Of a DNA stretch of 55,869 nt, positions 26,144 through 36,852 are shown piece after piece. Each line of letters opens with the position of its first letter. Position 1 is the first letter of the stretch. The notes under the pieces were generated by a model. It was given only the letters and a program-made list of their open reading frames with translations. It did no database searches and was not told the DNA's origin. This DNA is from Patescibacteria group bacterium (lineage in GTDB: Bacteria > Patescibacteriota > Minisyncoccia > Phycocordibacterales > UBA12079). Where the stretch lies: NCBI GenBank assembly GCA_018817595.1, contig JAHITU010000004.1, positions 1-55,869 of the forward strand, written 5' to 3'. The translations under genes and the position numbers were made by a program.

Positions 26144-27088
26144 ATGGATATGAATCCCAAGATCAAAAAACTACTGATAATTATTGCTATTGTTTTAGTG
26201 TTTTTTGGTGTGTTTTTTATTGTTTTAGAATATAGAAACAACAAAGTAAATTACGTTTCAGCAGAAGAAAATGAAACTACTCAAGAATTAGTTCAAAGGA
26301 TTAACTTGATAGATTCAGACGAAGACGGTTTAAAAGATTGGGAAGAAATTCTTTGGAAAACTGATCCTAACAATCCTGATAGCGATGGGGATGGAATGAA
26401 TGACAATGATGAAGTTTTAAACCAAAGAGATCCTTTAGTAAAAGGAGAAGGTAGTTTAAACAATATAACAACAACTCAAAAGAATAATTCTTTAGAAAAT
26501 ACACAAACCACTTTGACACAAACAGATATCTTAGCAAGGGAAATATTCACTGGTTATGTAGCTTTAAAACAAAACGGAACATTAGGAACAGAAGAGCAGG
26601 AAATATTTATTAAAAAGATAACTTCTTCTAATTTAGAAATAGAGCAAGATATAAATTATTTAACTTTAAATGATATTAAAATAGTTTATGATTCTTCTAA
26701 AGAAACTCTTCAAAAATATGCTGATGAGTTAAAAACTGTATTTTCAAAAAACCCAACATTACGAGACGATAATGTTATTTTAAAAGAATCTTTAGACAAT
26801 GAAGACCCAGAGATACTTGAAGAAATTAAATCAAATACTGTTTTTTATAAAAGTTTTATTGATAGTTTGATTCAATTAGAAGTCCCAAATGAAATAAAAA
26901 ATTATCATTTAAATTTAATTAATTTATTTGAACAAATGATTGGAGATACTAAACAAATGGTTTTAGTTTTTGAAGACCCTATATTAGGTTTAGCGGGAGC
27001 AAAAAATTATTCAAATACAACTAATAAAGTAATTGATGTATCAGTAGAATTAGGTAAATATTTTAAGAAAAAAAATATTAATTTTTAA
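26144..27088 (+). CDS. Membrane-anchored protein with DxDxDG calcium-binding (thrombospondin type 3-like) repeat
   Basis: N-terminal TM segment and DSDEDGLKDWEE...TDPNNPDSDGDGMND. Confidence 0.8.
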   Translation: MDMNPKIKKLLIIIAIVLVFFGVFFIVLEYRNNKVNYVSAEENETTQELVQRINLIDSDEDGLKDWEEILWKTDPNNPDSDGDGMNDNDEVLNQRDPLVKGEGSLNNITTTQKNNSLENTQTTLTQTDILAREIFTGYVALKQNGTLGTEEQEIFIKKITSSNLEIEQDINYLTLNDIKIVYDSSKETLQKYADELKTVFSKNPTLRDDNVILKESLDNEDPEILEEIKSNTVFYKSFIDSLIQLEVPNEIKNYHLNLINLFEQMIGDTKQMVLVFEDPILGLAGAKNYSNTTNKVIDVSVELGKYFKKKNINF

Positions 27089-27096
27089 ATAATATA

Positions 27097-28689
27097 ATGT
27101 TTATAAAAAATTTAATTTTTAAAAAAACAATTTCATCTCTATTAATAACGGTTATTATTATTCCTTCAATATTTTTAATGCAACCTAAAAAAATTGAGGC
27201 TATAACAGTAGTTGAAGTAGGATTAAATAAAATAACTAATGTTCTAAACACAGCTGAACAATATGTTCAATCTGCATTTGCTTTTGCTATGGATAATAAG
27301 GAATTTATTCTTGATGGAATTGCTTGGCAAGTGGCTAAAATAGCAGTAAGACAGATGACTACCTCAATAGTAAATTGGATTAATAACGGGTTTGAAGGAA
27401 ACCCTCTTTTTGTTACTGATTTTAAAGGGATGATGACTGATATAGCTGATGGAGTTATAGGAGAATATATTTACGGCTCCAAATTAGCTTTTTTATGTAG
27501 TCCTTTTAGTTTAGAAGTTAAGTTAGCCCTTTACAATACTTTTTACGGTGGTAGTTATAAACCAGTTTGTACTCTTTCAGATGCAATAAATAATGCAGGA
27601 GGGGCTTTGCAATCTCTTGAGGATGATTTTCGATGGGGGACTTGGATAGAATTTACTAACAAAAAATCTAATAATGCTTATGGGGCTTATTTATTAGCAG
27701 AAGAAAATATCTTAAAAGAAATAGGACTTGAACAAGAAAATAAAAAACTTCAAGTTGATTGGGGAGAAGGATTTTTATCTTGGGAAGAATGTGAAGAGGT
27801 TATAGATGAACTTACAGGATTACCTTATTCTAAAAATTGTACAACCCAAACCCCAGGATCAGTTATTGCAACTCAACTAAACAACAACCTTGATTCAGGG
27901 AGAGAAGCTTTAATTACAGCTGATGAAATTAATGAAATTATTGGGGCATTACTAACACAATTAATTAAAGGGGTTATGAGTAGTACTGGATTATTAGGAC
28001 AAAGTTCTTCTTCTTATAATAATTCTGAAAATATAAATGAATTAAAAAATGAAATAATAGAAACTCTTAACAATTCATTATACCAAGAAAAAACCTACAA
28101 CAGTATTAAAAACGATTCTCTAGAATTTATATTAAATGCTAAAAAAATAATTTTCGAATTGATTGATTGTTTAACAGTCTCATATGAATCTGAAAAACTT
28201 GAATCTGCTGAAAGGTTTTTAAAAACTAATTCAATAATTCCTCAGTCTAATATAGAAATAGATTTAAAGTCAAAAGAAACTTCCTTGCATAATGATTTAA
28301 TATCTTCAGATAAAACTATCTTAACACTTAGTGATTTGATTAACCAAGCAAACCTTTCTTCATCACCTAATGAATTATCTATAATAATGGATGAATATAT
28401 GTCTATAAACCAAGAAATTCACACTCGGCAAGATGTATCCAAAGCTATTATCGAAAGAGATGGCTACGGTATAATAATAGAGGGTGAGCCCAATGGAATA
28501 TCATATGATATTAGCTTATTATTGAATACAATAGCCCCAACTTTCGATAATAGAGATGGAATAACCCTTTACCCACCAGAAACAGATAAAGGAATTCAAC
28601 AAAGATTGGGTGAGTGTTTAGTGTGCAAAACAAACCCAAGTGATTGTGTATGGAATCTTAACACAACCTCAAACCTAAATAATCGTTAA
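27097..28689 (+). CDS. Secreted hypothetical protein of the T4SS-like operon
   Basis: Signal-like N-terminus; sits in the operon with the VirB6-like and VirB4-like genes. Confidence 0.75.
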   Translation: MFIKNLIFKKTISSLLITVIIIPSIFLMQPKKIEAITVVEVGLNKITNVLNTAEQYVQSAFAFAMDNKEFILDGIAWQVAKIAVRQMTTSIVNWINNGFEGNPLFVTDFKGMMTDIADGVIGEYIYGSKLAFLCSPFSLEVKLALYNTFYGGSYKPVCTLSDAINNAGGALQSLEDDFRWGTWIEFTNKKSNNAYGAYLLAEENILKEIGLEQENKKLQVDWGEGFLSWEECEEVIDELTGLPYSKNCTTQTPGSVIATQLNNNLDSGREALITADEINEIIGALLTQLIKGVMSSTGLLGQSSSSYNNSENINELKNEIIETLNNSLYQEKTYNSIKNDSLEFILNAKKIIFELIDCLTVSYESEKLESAERFLKTNSIIPQSNIEIDLKSKETSLHNDLISSDKTILTLSDLINQANLSSSPNELSIIMDEYMSINQEIHTRQDVSKAIIERDGYGIIIEGEPNGISYDISLLLNTIAPTFDNRDGITLYPPETDKGIQQRLGECLVCKTNPSDCVWNLNTTSNLNNR

Positions 28690-28694
28690 TAAAA

Positions 28695-30446
28695 ATGAGC
28701 ATCTTTAAAAAATACAATTCAATAATCAAAAAAGCCTTATTTTCATTTTTGGTATTTTTTGGGTCTTTTGATTTTACCAAAGCAGCACCAAGTGGTTGGG
28801 ATATATTAAAAGGTCCTGACGGTCTACTTGGTTGGATAGGAGACACAATGTTATGGATAAGTTCTCAGATATTGGCTATTGCTGGAATTTTATTTAATTA
28901 TTCTTTAGAATATACCTTGAATTTTAAAGCTTTGGTAGATAATACAGGTGTAGTAAATATTGGCTGGGAAGTTATTCGGGATATGTCTAATATGATTTTT
29001 ATCTTTGTTTTACTTTTCTTATCTATCGGGACTATTCTTGGACTAACAGGTTATAATGTTAAAAACTCAATAAAAACTATTGTCTTAGCTGCTTTATTTA
29101 TAAATTTCAGCCTATTCTTTACCAATATAATCGTTGATGTAACTAATGTAGCAGCTGTTGGTTTTTACAATGCTACTATTCAAAATGCAACGGGACAAGG
29201 CACCTCTTTTAATATTTCTAAAGGTTTAGGTAATTACGATAAGGGTATTTCTGGTGTATTTTCCCAAGCTTTAAATATATCAAGTATTTATAAAGGAGAA
29301 AAATTAAATGCTGAGGGTAACCCCCCTTCTAGAAATATTTTTACAATTGCTTTATTTGGTTCAATCTTTTTACTGATTACTGCTTTCGTCTTTCTTTCAG
29401 CAGCTATTATGTTTTTGATTAGAACAATCACTTTGATGTTTTTAATGATGACCTCTCCGATAGCTTTTATAGGTATTGTTTTACCTAAAACAAAAGATTT
29501 ATCTAGTAAATGGTGGTCTGAATTAACTAATCAAGCTATTTTTGCTCCGGTTTATATGATGTTTATTTATATAATCGCCACAGCTATAAACACTGATGCT
29601 TTCCAAAGTACTTTAAGGAATTCAGCAACGAATTCTTTTGCAGATGTATTCACAGGAGGAGGGGTAGTAATTGTAATTTTTAATTTTCTTTTGATTATTG
29701 GTTTGTTATTAGGAGCTTTGATTTCAGCAAAAAGATTTGGAGCAGTAGGAGCAAATTTTGCTACAGAAAAAGCAGGAGCAGGAATTGGTAAACTAGCCTT
29801 TGGAACCACAGCTTGGGCAGGGAGAAGAACTGTTGGAGCATGGGCAGCTAGTAGAGCCGAAAAAATGCAAGGTTCAGATTTTGCGACTACAGGAATGGGT
29901 AAACTAGCTTTGAAGGGACTACGTAATGTAGGAGATGCTAGTTTCGATGTAAGAAATGTTAAAACTATTAGAGAAGGAGCTGGAAATCTACCTGGAGGAG
30001 GAATTAAATTAGGAGAAGGAAGAAAAGGAGGTTATACAACTATTGCTAAGGATGTAAAAACAGAACAAACAAAATATGGTCAATCTCTTAAAGGAGAGAC
30101 ATTCGAGAGAATGCCTGATGGAGCAATTAGAATAGATGTAAATCCAGCAACAGGAAATCTAGAGCCGGTTATGCAAAAAAGATCTGCACGATATGGAGAA
30201 AAAATTAAAAACCGTTCGATCATTAGTACCATATTAGGAGAAACAGCAGGAAATAAAATGGCAGGTTCATCCTTAGTTGATTTACCTAAACACGAAAAGA
30301 GTTTACGCCAAGCAAAAATAGACCTTAAAGTATTAAAGGATTCAGGAGTTGCTACACCTACACAAATAACAGACAAAGAAGATGAAATTAAAGATCTTGA
30401 TGAAAAAATTAAAGGGATAAAAGAATCAACTAAAGATAAAAAATAA
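28695..30446 (+). CDS. VirB6/TrbL-like polytopic membrane protein
   Basis: Multiple TM segments, R-x-I-x-L-x-x-L...SPIAF...W-W-x-x-L...P-V-Y-M pattern and a Gly-rich C-terminus. Confidence 0.7.
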   Translation: MSIFKKYNSIIKKALFSFLVFFGSFDFTKAAPSGWDILKGPDGLLGWIGDTMLWISSQILAIAGILFNYSLEYTLNFKALVDNTGVVNIGWEVIRDMSNMIFIFVLLFLSIGTILGLTGYNVKNSIKTIVLAALFINFSLFFTNIIVDVTNVAAVGFYNATIQNATGQGTSFNISKGLGNYDKGISGVFSQALNISSIYKGEKLNAEGNPPSRNIFTIALFGSIFLLITAFVFLSAAIMFLIRTITLMFLMMTSPIAFIGIVLPKTKDLSSKWWSELTNQAIFAPVYMMFIYIIATAINTDAFQSTLRNSATNSFADVFTGGGVVIVIFNFLLIIGLLLGALISAKRFGAVGANFATEKAGAGIGKLAFGTTAWAGRRTVGAWAASRAEKMQGSDFATTGMGKLALKGLRNVGDASFDVRNVKTIREGAGNLPGGGIKLGEGRKGGYTTIAKDVKTEQTKYGQSLKGETFERMPDGAIRIDVNPATGNLEPVMQKRSARYGEKIKNRSIISTILGETAGNKMAGSSLVDLPKHEKSLRQAKIDLKVLKDSGVATPTQITDKEDEIKDLDEKIKGIKESTKDKK

Positions 30447-30570
30447 TCTGAATTTAAAATTCATAATTATAGATTTTAAATTATAAATTTCAAATTAATA
30501 AAAAATCACAAAGTGATTTCGTTCCAAGACTTTCGACTTTATAGACTTTATAAACTTTTAACTAATTATT

Positions 30571-31299
30571 ATGTTTGCATTCGAAGAATTAAAAGAAAAA
30601 TTTTTAAATATCCCTGAAGATGTTCGGGAGGCTATTTCATCTAACGAAGTGAATGAAAAGCTTTTAAGCTTAGCTGATAAATATAAACTTCAATACGATG
30701 AGACAGATGAATTAACCAAAGAAATTGGCTATATTATGCTTGGTTTAAAACCAAAGGATAATTTTGTACAAAATATTCAAAAAGTAACACAATTAGATTC
30801 TGAAAAATCAAAAGCTTTGGCTGAAGAAATCAACTCTTCTATTTTTGAAAATATTAGAGAATCTCTACGAAAAATTCACGAACAGAGAGAAACTAAAGAA
30901 GAAGAGGATGAGGATTTAGATGAACATTTAGTAAGAGAGGAATTATTAAACGAATTGTCTCTACCAAAAGAAAAATCTACAGATTTAATGAAATTACCTA
31001 GTAAAGAAATAATAAAACCCCAGACAGAAATAATAGAACCTCAAACAGAAATAATTCCAAAAACGGAAAGTGAAAAACTAAACGAGAAACTAACCCTTAA
31101 AAAGGAAATTCCTTTGAATGAAGTCGGTGCAGAAAAACCAGAAATTCCAGTACTAAACCTTGATAAAAACGGAGAAATTAATACCACGCAAACCCGTATA
31201 ATTGAAAAGAAAAAGGAAACTGAACAATCCACACCCCCAACAGAGCAAGAAAAACCAAAAAGTTATACAATAGACCCATACCGTGAACCATTGGACTGA
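30571..31299 (+). CDS. Hypothetical protein ending in DPYREP (CPR-type)
   Basis: Helical N-terminal domain and acidic low-complexity tail; operon context. Confidence 0.75.
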   Translation: MFAFEELKEKFLNIPEDVREAISSNEVNEKLLSLADKYKLQYDETDELTKEIGYIMLGLKPKDNFVQNIQKVTQLDSEKSKALAEEINSSIFENIRESLRKIHEQRETKEEEDEDLDEHLVREELLNELSLPKEKSTDLMKLPSKEIIKPQTEIIEPQTEIIPKTESEKLNEKLTLKKEIPLNEVGAEKPEIPVLNLDKNGEINTTQTRIIEKKKETEQSTPPTEQEKPKSYTIDPYREPLD

Positions 31300-31304
31300 A
31301 GTCC

Positions 31305-31389
31305 AGTATCATGTATTAAGTATTATGTATTATGGAAAATAAAATTAAAAATACTTAATATATAATACATAATACATAATACATATTTT
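31305..31389 (+). repeat. Empty heptamer-repeat cassette (start and end of the four-helix-bundle cassette without the ORF body)
   Basis: 31319-31349 matches 31801-31831 (30/31), joined to TAATACA repeats that end ACATATTTT-ATG. Confidence 0.8.
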
Positions 31390-31782
31390 ATGCAATTTCA
31401 AGTACCACAATTTATCGAGGTTGAAGACAAAATATTTGGACCTTTAACTTTTAAACAATTTATTTACCTAGCTGGGGGAGCGGGGATTTCATTTACTTTA
31501 TATGTTCTCTTACCGTCTTTCATCTCTTATATTTTAATAGCTGCAGTAATAGGATTATCTTTAGCTTTAGCTTTTTATACAGTGAATAATAAACCATTTA
31601 TCGGAGTTTTAGAATCAGCTTTTAAATACTGGTGGTCTCATAAATTATATATTTGGAAAAAGGAACCTAAAAAAAGAGAAGAAAAAAAGGAGATGGATAT
31701 AGTATCTCAATTAAATGTCCCTCGTTTATCTGAGAGTCGACTAAAAGAATTAAGTTGGGAGTTAGATATCCATGATAAATAA
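31390..31782 (+). CDS. prgI: PrgI family (VirB3-like) protein
   Basis: MQFQVPQFIEVEDKIFGPLTFKQFIYL plus two TM segments. Confidence 0.88.
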   Translation: MQFQVPQFIEVEDKIFGPLTFKQFIYLAGGAGISFTLYVLLPSFISYILIAAVIGLSLALAFYTVNNKPFIGVLESAFKYWWSHKLYIWKKEPKKREEKKEMDIVSQLNVPRLSESRLKELSWELDIHDK

Positions 31783-31813
31783 CCATTAGGTTATTTATCC
31801 AGTATTATGTATT

Positions 31814-32188
31814 ATGGAAAACAAAATTAAATCATTTACAGACTTGAATGCATGGAAAGAAGGTCATAAATTAGTTATTATTATATACAAGCAAACTAAA
31901 AAGTTTCCTAAAGAAGAATTATTTTCTTTAACAAATCAAATTCAAAGATCCTCCGTTTCTATAACCTCAAATATAGCAGAAGGTTTTAGTAGAAGATCTG
32001 ATAAAGAAAAAATACAATTTTATTATATAGTATTAGGATCATTAACAGAAGTTCAAAATCAATTATTAGTAGCGAGAGATATAGGTTATATAGATAACAA
32101 AACTTTTAAACAAATAGCAGACCAGACAATTATAGTTAGTAAATTATGTAATAGTTTAATTAAAAAAATAAAAATACATAATACATAA
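31814..32188 (+). CDS. Four-helix-bundle protein (23S rRNA IVP / bAvd-like) flanked by heptamer repeats
   Basis: SFTDLNAWK...FPKEELFSLTNQIQRSSVSITSNIAEG...GSLTEVQNQL. Flanks are TATGTAT and TAATACA tandem repeats. Confidence 0.93.
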   Translation: MENKIKSFTDLNAWKEGHKLVIIIYKQTKKFPKEELFSLTNQIQRSSVSITSNIAEGFSRRSDKEKIQFYYIVLGSLTEVQNQLLVARDIGYIDNKTFKQIADQTIIVSKLCNSLIKKIKIHNT

Positions 32189-32219
32189 TACCTAATACAT
32201 ACTACATAATACATATTTC

Positions 32220-32855
32220 ATGGAAAATAAAACAAACATAAAAAAAACACAGGATTTTGTCACAATAAAAGAAATTCGTGATGGGATAATACTTCAAAAA
32301 GATGGTTCTTTAGCTACTATTTTAATGGTATCTTCAATAAACCTAGCTTTGAAATCATCAGACGAACAACAAGCTATAATTTTACAATTTCAAAATTTTC
32401 TTAACTCAATTGAATTTTCAGTGCAAATTTTTATACAATCCCAAAAATTAGATATTCGTCCTTATATAACTGTTATGGAAAATCGTTTTAAAGAGCAAAC
32501 AAATGAATTGATAAAAATCCAAACAAGAGAATATATAAATTTTATAAAATCATTTACTAATAAAACGAATATAATGACAAAATCTTTTTTTGTTGTTGTT
32601 TCTTACAATCCTCCAATTTTGGGGGGAAAGAAATCTTTAAATCCTTTTTTAAAAAAGAATGGGTCAGAAAAACAAGATAATATTTTAGAATTTGAAGAGA
32701 ATAGAACTCAATTAGAACAAAGAGTATCAATTGTAGAATCAGGTTTAACAAGAACAGGTGTTAGAATAATAAGATTAGGAACAGAGGAGGTTGTTGAATT
32801 ACTTTATAAGTTATTTAACCCGGGGGAATCAGAAAAACCAGTAAACCTTAGTTAG
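32220..32855 (+). CDS. T4SS/conjugation-associated protein (VirB4 N-terminal-like partner)
   Basis: TQDFVTIKEIRDGII...SINLALKS...FQNFLNS; lies between prgI and virB4. Confidence 0.7.
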   Translation: MENKTNIKKTQDFVTIKEIRDGIILQKDGSLATILMVSSINLALKSSDEQQAIILQFQNFLNSIEFSVQIFIQSQKLDIRPYITVMENRFKEQTNELIKIQTREYINFIKSFTNKTNIMTKSFFVVVSYNPPILGGKKSLNPFLKKNGSEKQDNILEFEENRTQLEQRVSIVESGLTRTGVRIIRLGTEEVVELLYKLFNPGESEKPVNLS

Positions 32856-32887
32856 TCAGAATATTTAAGAATTAAAAATTAAAAAAC

Positions 32888-34708
32888 ATGGGAATATTAG
32901 ATAAATTATTTAAAAAAGAAAAAGATATTCAGATAGATCCAATTCTACCTCAGGAAATTTATGATGCAGGAGTTTTGGAACTAAAAGATATTATTGCTCC
33001 TTCAGCATTAAAAATAACCCCAAAAGAAACTCATCTTGGAGAAAAAATAATCCGAACTTTTTTTGTTATATCTTATCCTAAGTTTCTAACTGATAATTGG
33101 TTTTCTCCTGTTATCAACTTAGATAAAGAGTTTAACATCTCTATTTTTATTCATCCTATTGAAACAGCTCAGGTTTTAAGGAAATTTCAAAAAAAGGTGG
33201 CAGAAGTACAAAGCCAAATTATGATGAGAGAAAACAAAGGAATGGTGAGGGACCCTGCTTTAGATTCAGCCTACCAAAACTTAGAGAATTTGAGAGATAA
33301 ACTTCAACAAGCTCAGGAAAAATTATTTGATGTCTCTGTTTATGTATCTGTTTATGGAGATTCCGAAGAAGAATTAGACAGAACAGAAAATGAAATTCGT
33401 TCTATTTTAGAATCAAAATTAATTTATATTCGTCCAGCTTTGTTTCAACAAGAACAAGGTTTTAAAAGTACAATACCTTTGAATCAAGACCAATTAGGAG
33501 TTTTTTCAAAATTAAATTCATCTCCTCTTTCTAGTATTTTTCCTTTTATTTCTTCAGACCTAACGTCAGATAAAGGTATTCTTTATGGTATTAATAGGCA
33601 TAATTCATCATTAGTTCTTTTTGATAGATTTTCTTTACCAAACTACAATTCAGTAACCTTTGCTAAATCAGGAGCAGGAAAATCTTATGCTGTTAAACTT
33701 GAAATTCTTCGTTCTCTGATGTTTGATACAGATGTTATGGTAATCGACCCTGAAAAAGAATATGAATATCTATCAGAGGCTATGGATGGAAGATATTTTA
33801 ATATTTCCTTGACCTCAGAACACCATATTAATCCTTTTGACTTACCTAAAGCCAGAGAAGGGGAATCTCAGGCCAATGTTTTACGTTCTAATATCATTAA
33901 CCTTGTAGGTTTATTTAGAGTAATGTTTGGAGGTATCTCTCCAGAAGAAGATTCCATCATAGATAGAGCAATCACTGAAACTTATGCCTTGAAAGATATC
34001 ACTCCTGACTCTGACTTTTCTAATATAGAAGCTCCCTTATTATCTGACTTTGAATTAGTATTAGCAGGTATGGAAAACACTGAAAACTTAACTCAAAAAT
34101 TAGCTAAGTATACGAAAGGAACTTGGTCAGGTTTTATAAATCAACCAACTAATGTAGATATTAACCGAAAATTTGTAGTCTTTTCACTAAGAGATATGGA
34201 AGATGAATTAAAGCCAGTAGCTATGTATATTATTACCCAATATATCTGGAATGCTATTCGAAAAGATTTAAAGAAAAGACTTTTAGTAATTGAAGAAGCT
34301 TGGTGGATGATGAAGACAGAAGATACAGCCTCTTTTTTATTTGGTCTTGCTAAAAGAGGTAGAAAATATTATTTAGGAATTTCTACTGTTACCCAAGATG
34401 TAAATGATTTTCTTTCCTCACCTTATGGTATGCCTATAATTACCAACTCATCTATTCAATTACTTCTTAAACAATCACCAACGAGTATTGATTTAGTTCA
34501 AAGGACTTTTAATTTAACAGATGAAGAGAAATATTTATTATTAGAATCAAAAGTAGGAGAGGGTATATTCTTTGTTGGAATGAAGCATATTGCAATTCAA
34601 ATATTTGCATCCTATACAGAAGATCAAATTATTACATCAGACCCTTCACAGATATTAAATATTAAAAAAGCTAAAAAAGAATTAGAGGAGGCAGAGAATA
34701 ATAAATAA
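32888..34708 (+). CDS. virB4: VirB4/TraC-like ATPase
   Basis: Walker A AKSGAGKS, VIDPEKEY, INPFD, LVIEEAW and RGRKYYLGISTVTQ motifs. Confidence 0.92.
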   Translation: MGILDKLFKKEKDIQIDPILPQEIYDAGVLELKDIIAPSALKITPKETHLGEKIIRTFFVISYPKFLTDNWFSPVINLDKEFNISIFIHPIETAQVLRKFQKKVAEVQSQIMMRENKGMVRDPALDSAYQNLENLRDKLQQAQEKLFDVSVYVSVYGDSEEELDRTENEIRSILESKLIYIRPALFQQEQGFKSTIPLNQDQLGVFSKLNSSPLSSIFPFISSDLTSDKGILYGINRHNSSLVLFDRFSLPNYNSVTFAKSGAGKSYAVKLEILRSLMFDTDVMVIDPEKEYEYLSEAMDGRYFNISLTSEHHINPFDLPKAREGESQANVLRSNIINLVGLFRVMFGGISPEEDSIIDRAITETYALKDITPDSDFSNIEAPLLSDFELVLAGMENTENLTQKLAKYTKGTWSGFINQPTNVDINRKFVVFSLRDMEDELKPVAMYIITQYIWNAIRKDLKKRLLVIEEAWWMMKTEDTASFLFGLAKRGRKYYLGISTVTQDVNDFLSSPYGMPIITNSSIQLLLKQSPTSIDLVQRTFNLTDEEKYLLLESKVGEGIFFVGMKHIAIQIFASYTEDQIITSDPSQILNIKKAKKELEEAENNK

Positions 34709-34725
34709 ATTATTTAAATAAATTT

Positions 34726-35139
34726 ATGGAAAATAAAGGAAAAATAGATAATATAACGGGAATTTTAATGATATCAACAGCCCTTTTTATTGATGGTTTT
34801 CAGTTTTTATTACTTATTTTACTAATAGGACCATTTGTAAATTGGATGATTAGTATTCTAGCCTTTATGACTTTTTGGTTATGGTTTACTTTAAAAGGGG
34901 TTAAATTCATAAGAAATCCAAAAAACTTTTTTACATTAAGCGGAGGAACTCTCGTTGAAATCATACCTATTTTAGGCTCTCTCCCAGCTTGGACTCTAAC
35001 AATAACATCTTTAGTTCTAATGAATAAATTAGAAAGAATACAAGAAAAAATTATAAAAAAAGATAATGTTAAAAATAATAATGTTATCAAGTTATCAGAT
35101 TATAAAAAAGACAATGGGGAACTTAAAAAAGCAGCTTAA
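34726..35139 (+). CDS. Small membrane protein of the T4SS-like operon
   Basis: Three hydrophobic segments and E-I-I-P-I-L-G-S-L-P-A-W-T. Confidence 0.75.
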   Translation: MENKGKIDNITGILMISTALFIDGFQFLLLILLIGPFVNWMISILAFMTFWLWFTLKGVKFIRNPKNFFTLSGGTLVEIIPILGSLPAWTLTITSLVLMNKLERIQEKIIKKDNVKNNNVIKLSDYKKDNGELKKAA

Positions 35140-35142
35140 TAT

Positions 35143-36138
35143 ATGTTTAAATTAAAAACAGATAAAAGAATATTTAAAACATTAATAGTATTTTTTCTAT
35201 TTAGTCTTTTTTCAACTGCTAATGCTGTTGATTTAGAAAATCAAGATATTAACTTGAAATTTAACCCTGAATTCCCAACAGCTAATGAGTCAGTCACAGT
35301 TAACACTGAAATATATATTACAGATATAAACCAAGCTACTATCTCCTGGTTTATAGATGGTATTTTGAAATCAAAAGGAATAGGAGAAAAACAATTTACT
35401 TTTAGAACTAAAGATTTTGGAGAATCAACTGATTTAACTATACAAATATCAGCTTCAGATATAGGGTTAGTTAGCAAAACTTTTAAAATAACCCCTGCTG
35501 AATTAGATTTAATCTGGGAAACTGATACTTTTACTCCTCCTTTTTATAAAGGAAAAGCTTTGAATACACACCAATCTATCGTTAAAATAGTAGCTTTCCC
35601 AAATTTTATAAATTCGAATGGTATTAAAATTAACTCAAAAGATTTACTTTATACTTGGAAAAAGGATTGGAAAATATCTTCTAAGGATTCAGGTTATGGA
35701 AGAGATTCTTTTTCTTTTGTTGGCCCAGAACTTTACAGAGAAAATATAATTTCACTTGAAGTGGAGACATTAGATGGATCTATTAAATCTAAAAAAAATA
35801 TTGTTATAAAAAACAATAATCCTGAAATACTTTTCTATGAAAATAATCCTCTGTTAGGAATTTTAAATAATAGAAATTTATCATATTTTCCTTTAAATAA
35901 TAAAAACTCGGAGGAATTAAAAATAACTGCTTACCCTTTATATTTTTCGATGTATAATAAAGAGGATATTCAATATAATTGGTCAATAAACAACAAACCA
36001 GCTTATGGTTTTGAAAACAACATAACAATAAGAAGGAAAGAGGGAATAATTGGTTCTTTCCCAATATCTTTAGTAATAAATGATTTGAAGAAATTATTGT
36101 TATCAGCTAAAAATTCCTTTAATTTAAATTTTGAATAA
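35143..36138 (+). CDS. Secreted Ig-like beta-rich protein
   Basis: Signal peptide ending ANA, repeated W-x-x-D/N-G and Y-x-W strands. Confidence 0.75.
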   Translation: MFKLKTDKRIFKTLIVFFLFSLFSTANAVDLENQDINLKFNPEFPTANESVTVNTEIYITDINQATISWFIDGILKSKGIGEKQFTFRTKDFGESTDLTIQISASDIGLVSKTFKITPAELDLIWETDTFTPPFYKGKALNTHQSIVKIVAFPNFINSNGIKINSKDLLYTWKKDWKISSKDSGYGRDSFSFVGPELYRENIISLEVETLDGSIKSKKNIVIKNNNPEILFYENNPLLGILNNRNLSYFPLNNKNSEELKITAYPLYFSMYNKEDIQYNWSINNKPAYGFENNITIRRKEGIIGSFPISLVINDLKKLLLSAKNSFNLNFE

Positions 36139-36140
36139 AT

Positions 36141-36833
36141 ATGAAAAAAAATAATTTAAGAATTTACAATCTAACTATATTAATATTTTTATTAGGTTGT
36201 TTTTTTAGTCCTTTTTTAACTCAAGCAGAAATAGAAGGAGAATATGATGTAAATATTTCAGATTATACTTACGAATCAGAGGTAGATGGCGATGAAGTAA
36301 TTAATACTATTAATACAAACAACGCAAACACTTCGAATGTTGATAATATATCAGATGGAGGACAAATTACTTATGAATTATTAGAGCAATCACTTCCAGG
36401 AATACCTAATAAAACTAATAGTTTGGGTGAATATTTAGGGGGTATATTTACTCTAGCAATAGGAATAGCTTCTGCTTTAGCTGTATTAATGATAGTTATA
36501 GGAGGTTTTAAATATATGACATCAGAGGCAGTTTCTTATAAAACAGCTGCTATGCAACAAATTCAAGACGCTATATTAGGTTTAATTATGGTTTTAGCTT
36601 CATATTTAATTTTAAATACAATTAATGAAGATTTGGTTGGGTTTAATTTAAATTTGAAACCTGTTGAAATACAAAAGGAAAAAGAACCTGAAAAACCTAA
36701 AGAAGAACAAAAAAAGACATGTTATTGTAATTGGAACGAAGAAGGAATAACTTCTACAACTAAACTTTGTTTTAAAAAAGATACAAGTGGTTTCAAAAAA
36801 ACAGAAGTACCGTTATCAACAAATTGTATTTAA
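36141..36833 (+). CDS. VirB2/TrbC-like pilin-domain protein (CPR type)
   Basis: LAVLMIVIGGFKYMTS...IQDAILGLIMVLASYLILNTIN-x-DL pattern. Confidence 0.8.
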   Translation: MKKNNLRIYNLTILIFLLGCFFSPFLTQAEIEGEYDVNISDYTYESEVDGDEVINTINTNNANTSNVDNISDGGQITYELLEQSLPGIPNKTNSLGEYLGGIFTLAIGIASALAVLMIVIGGFKYMTSEAVSYKTAAMQQIQDAILGLIMVLASYLILNTINEDLVGFNLNLKPVEIQKEKEPEKPKEEQKKTCYCNWNEEGITSTTKLCFKKDTSGFKKTEVPLSTNCI

Positions 36834-36852
36834 GAATATCACTTAGATAACT

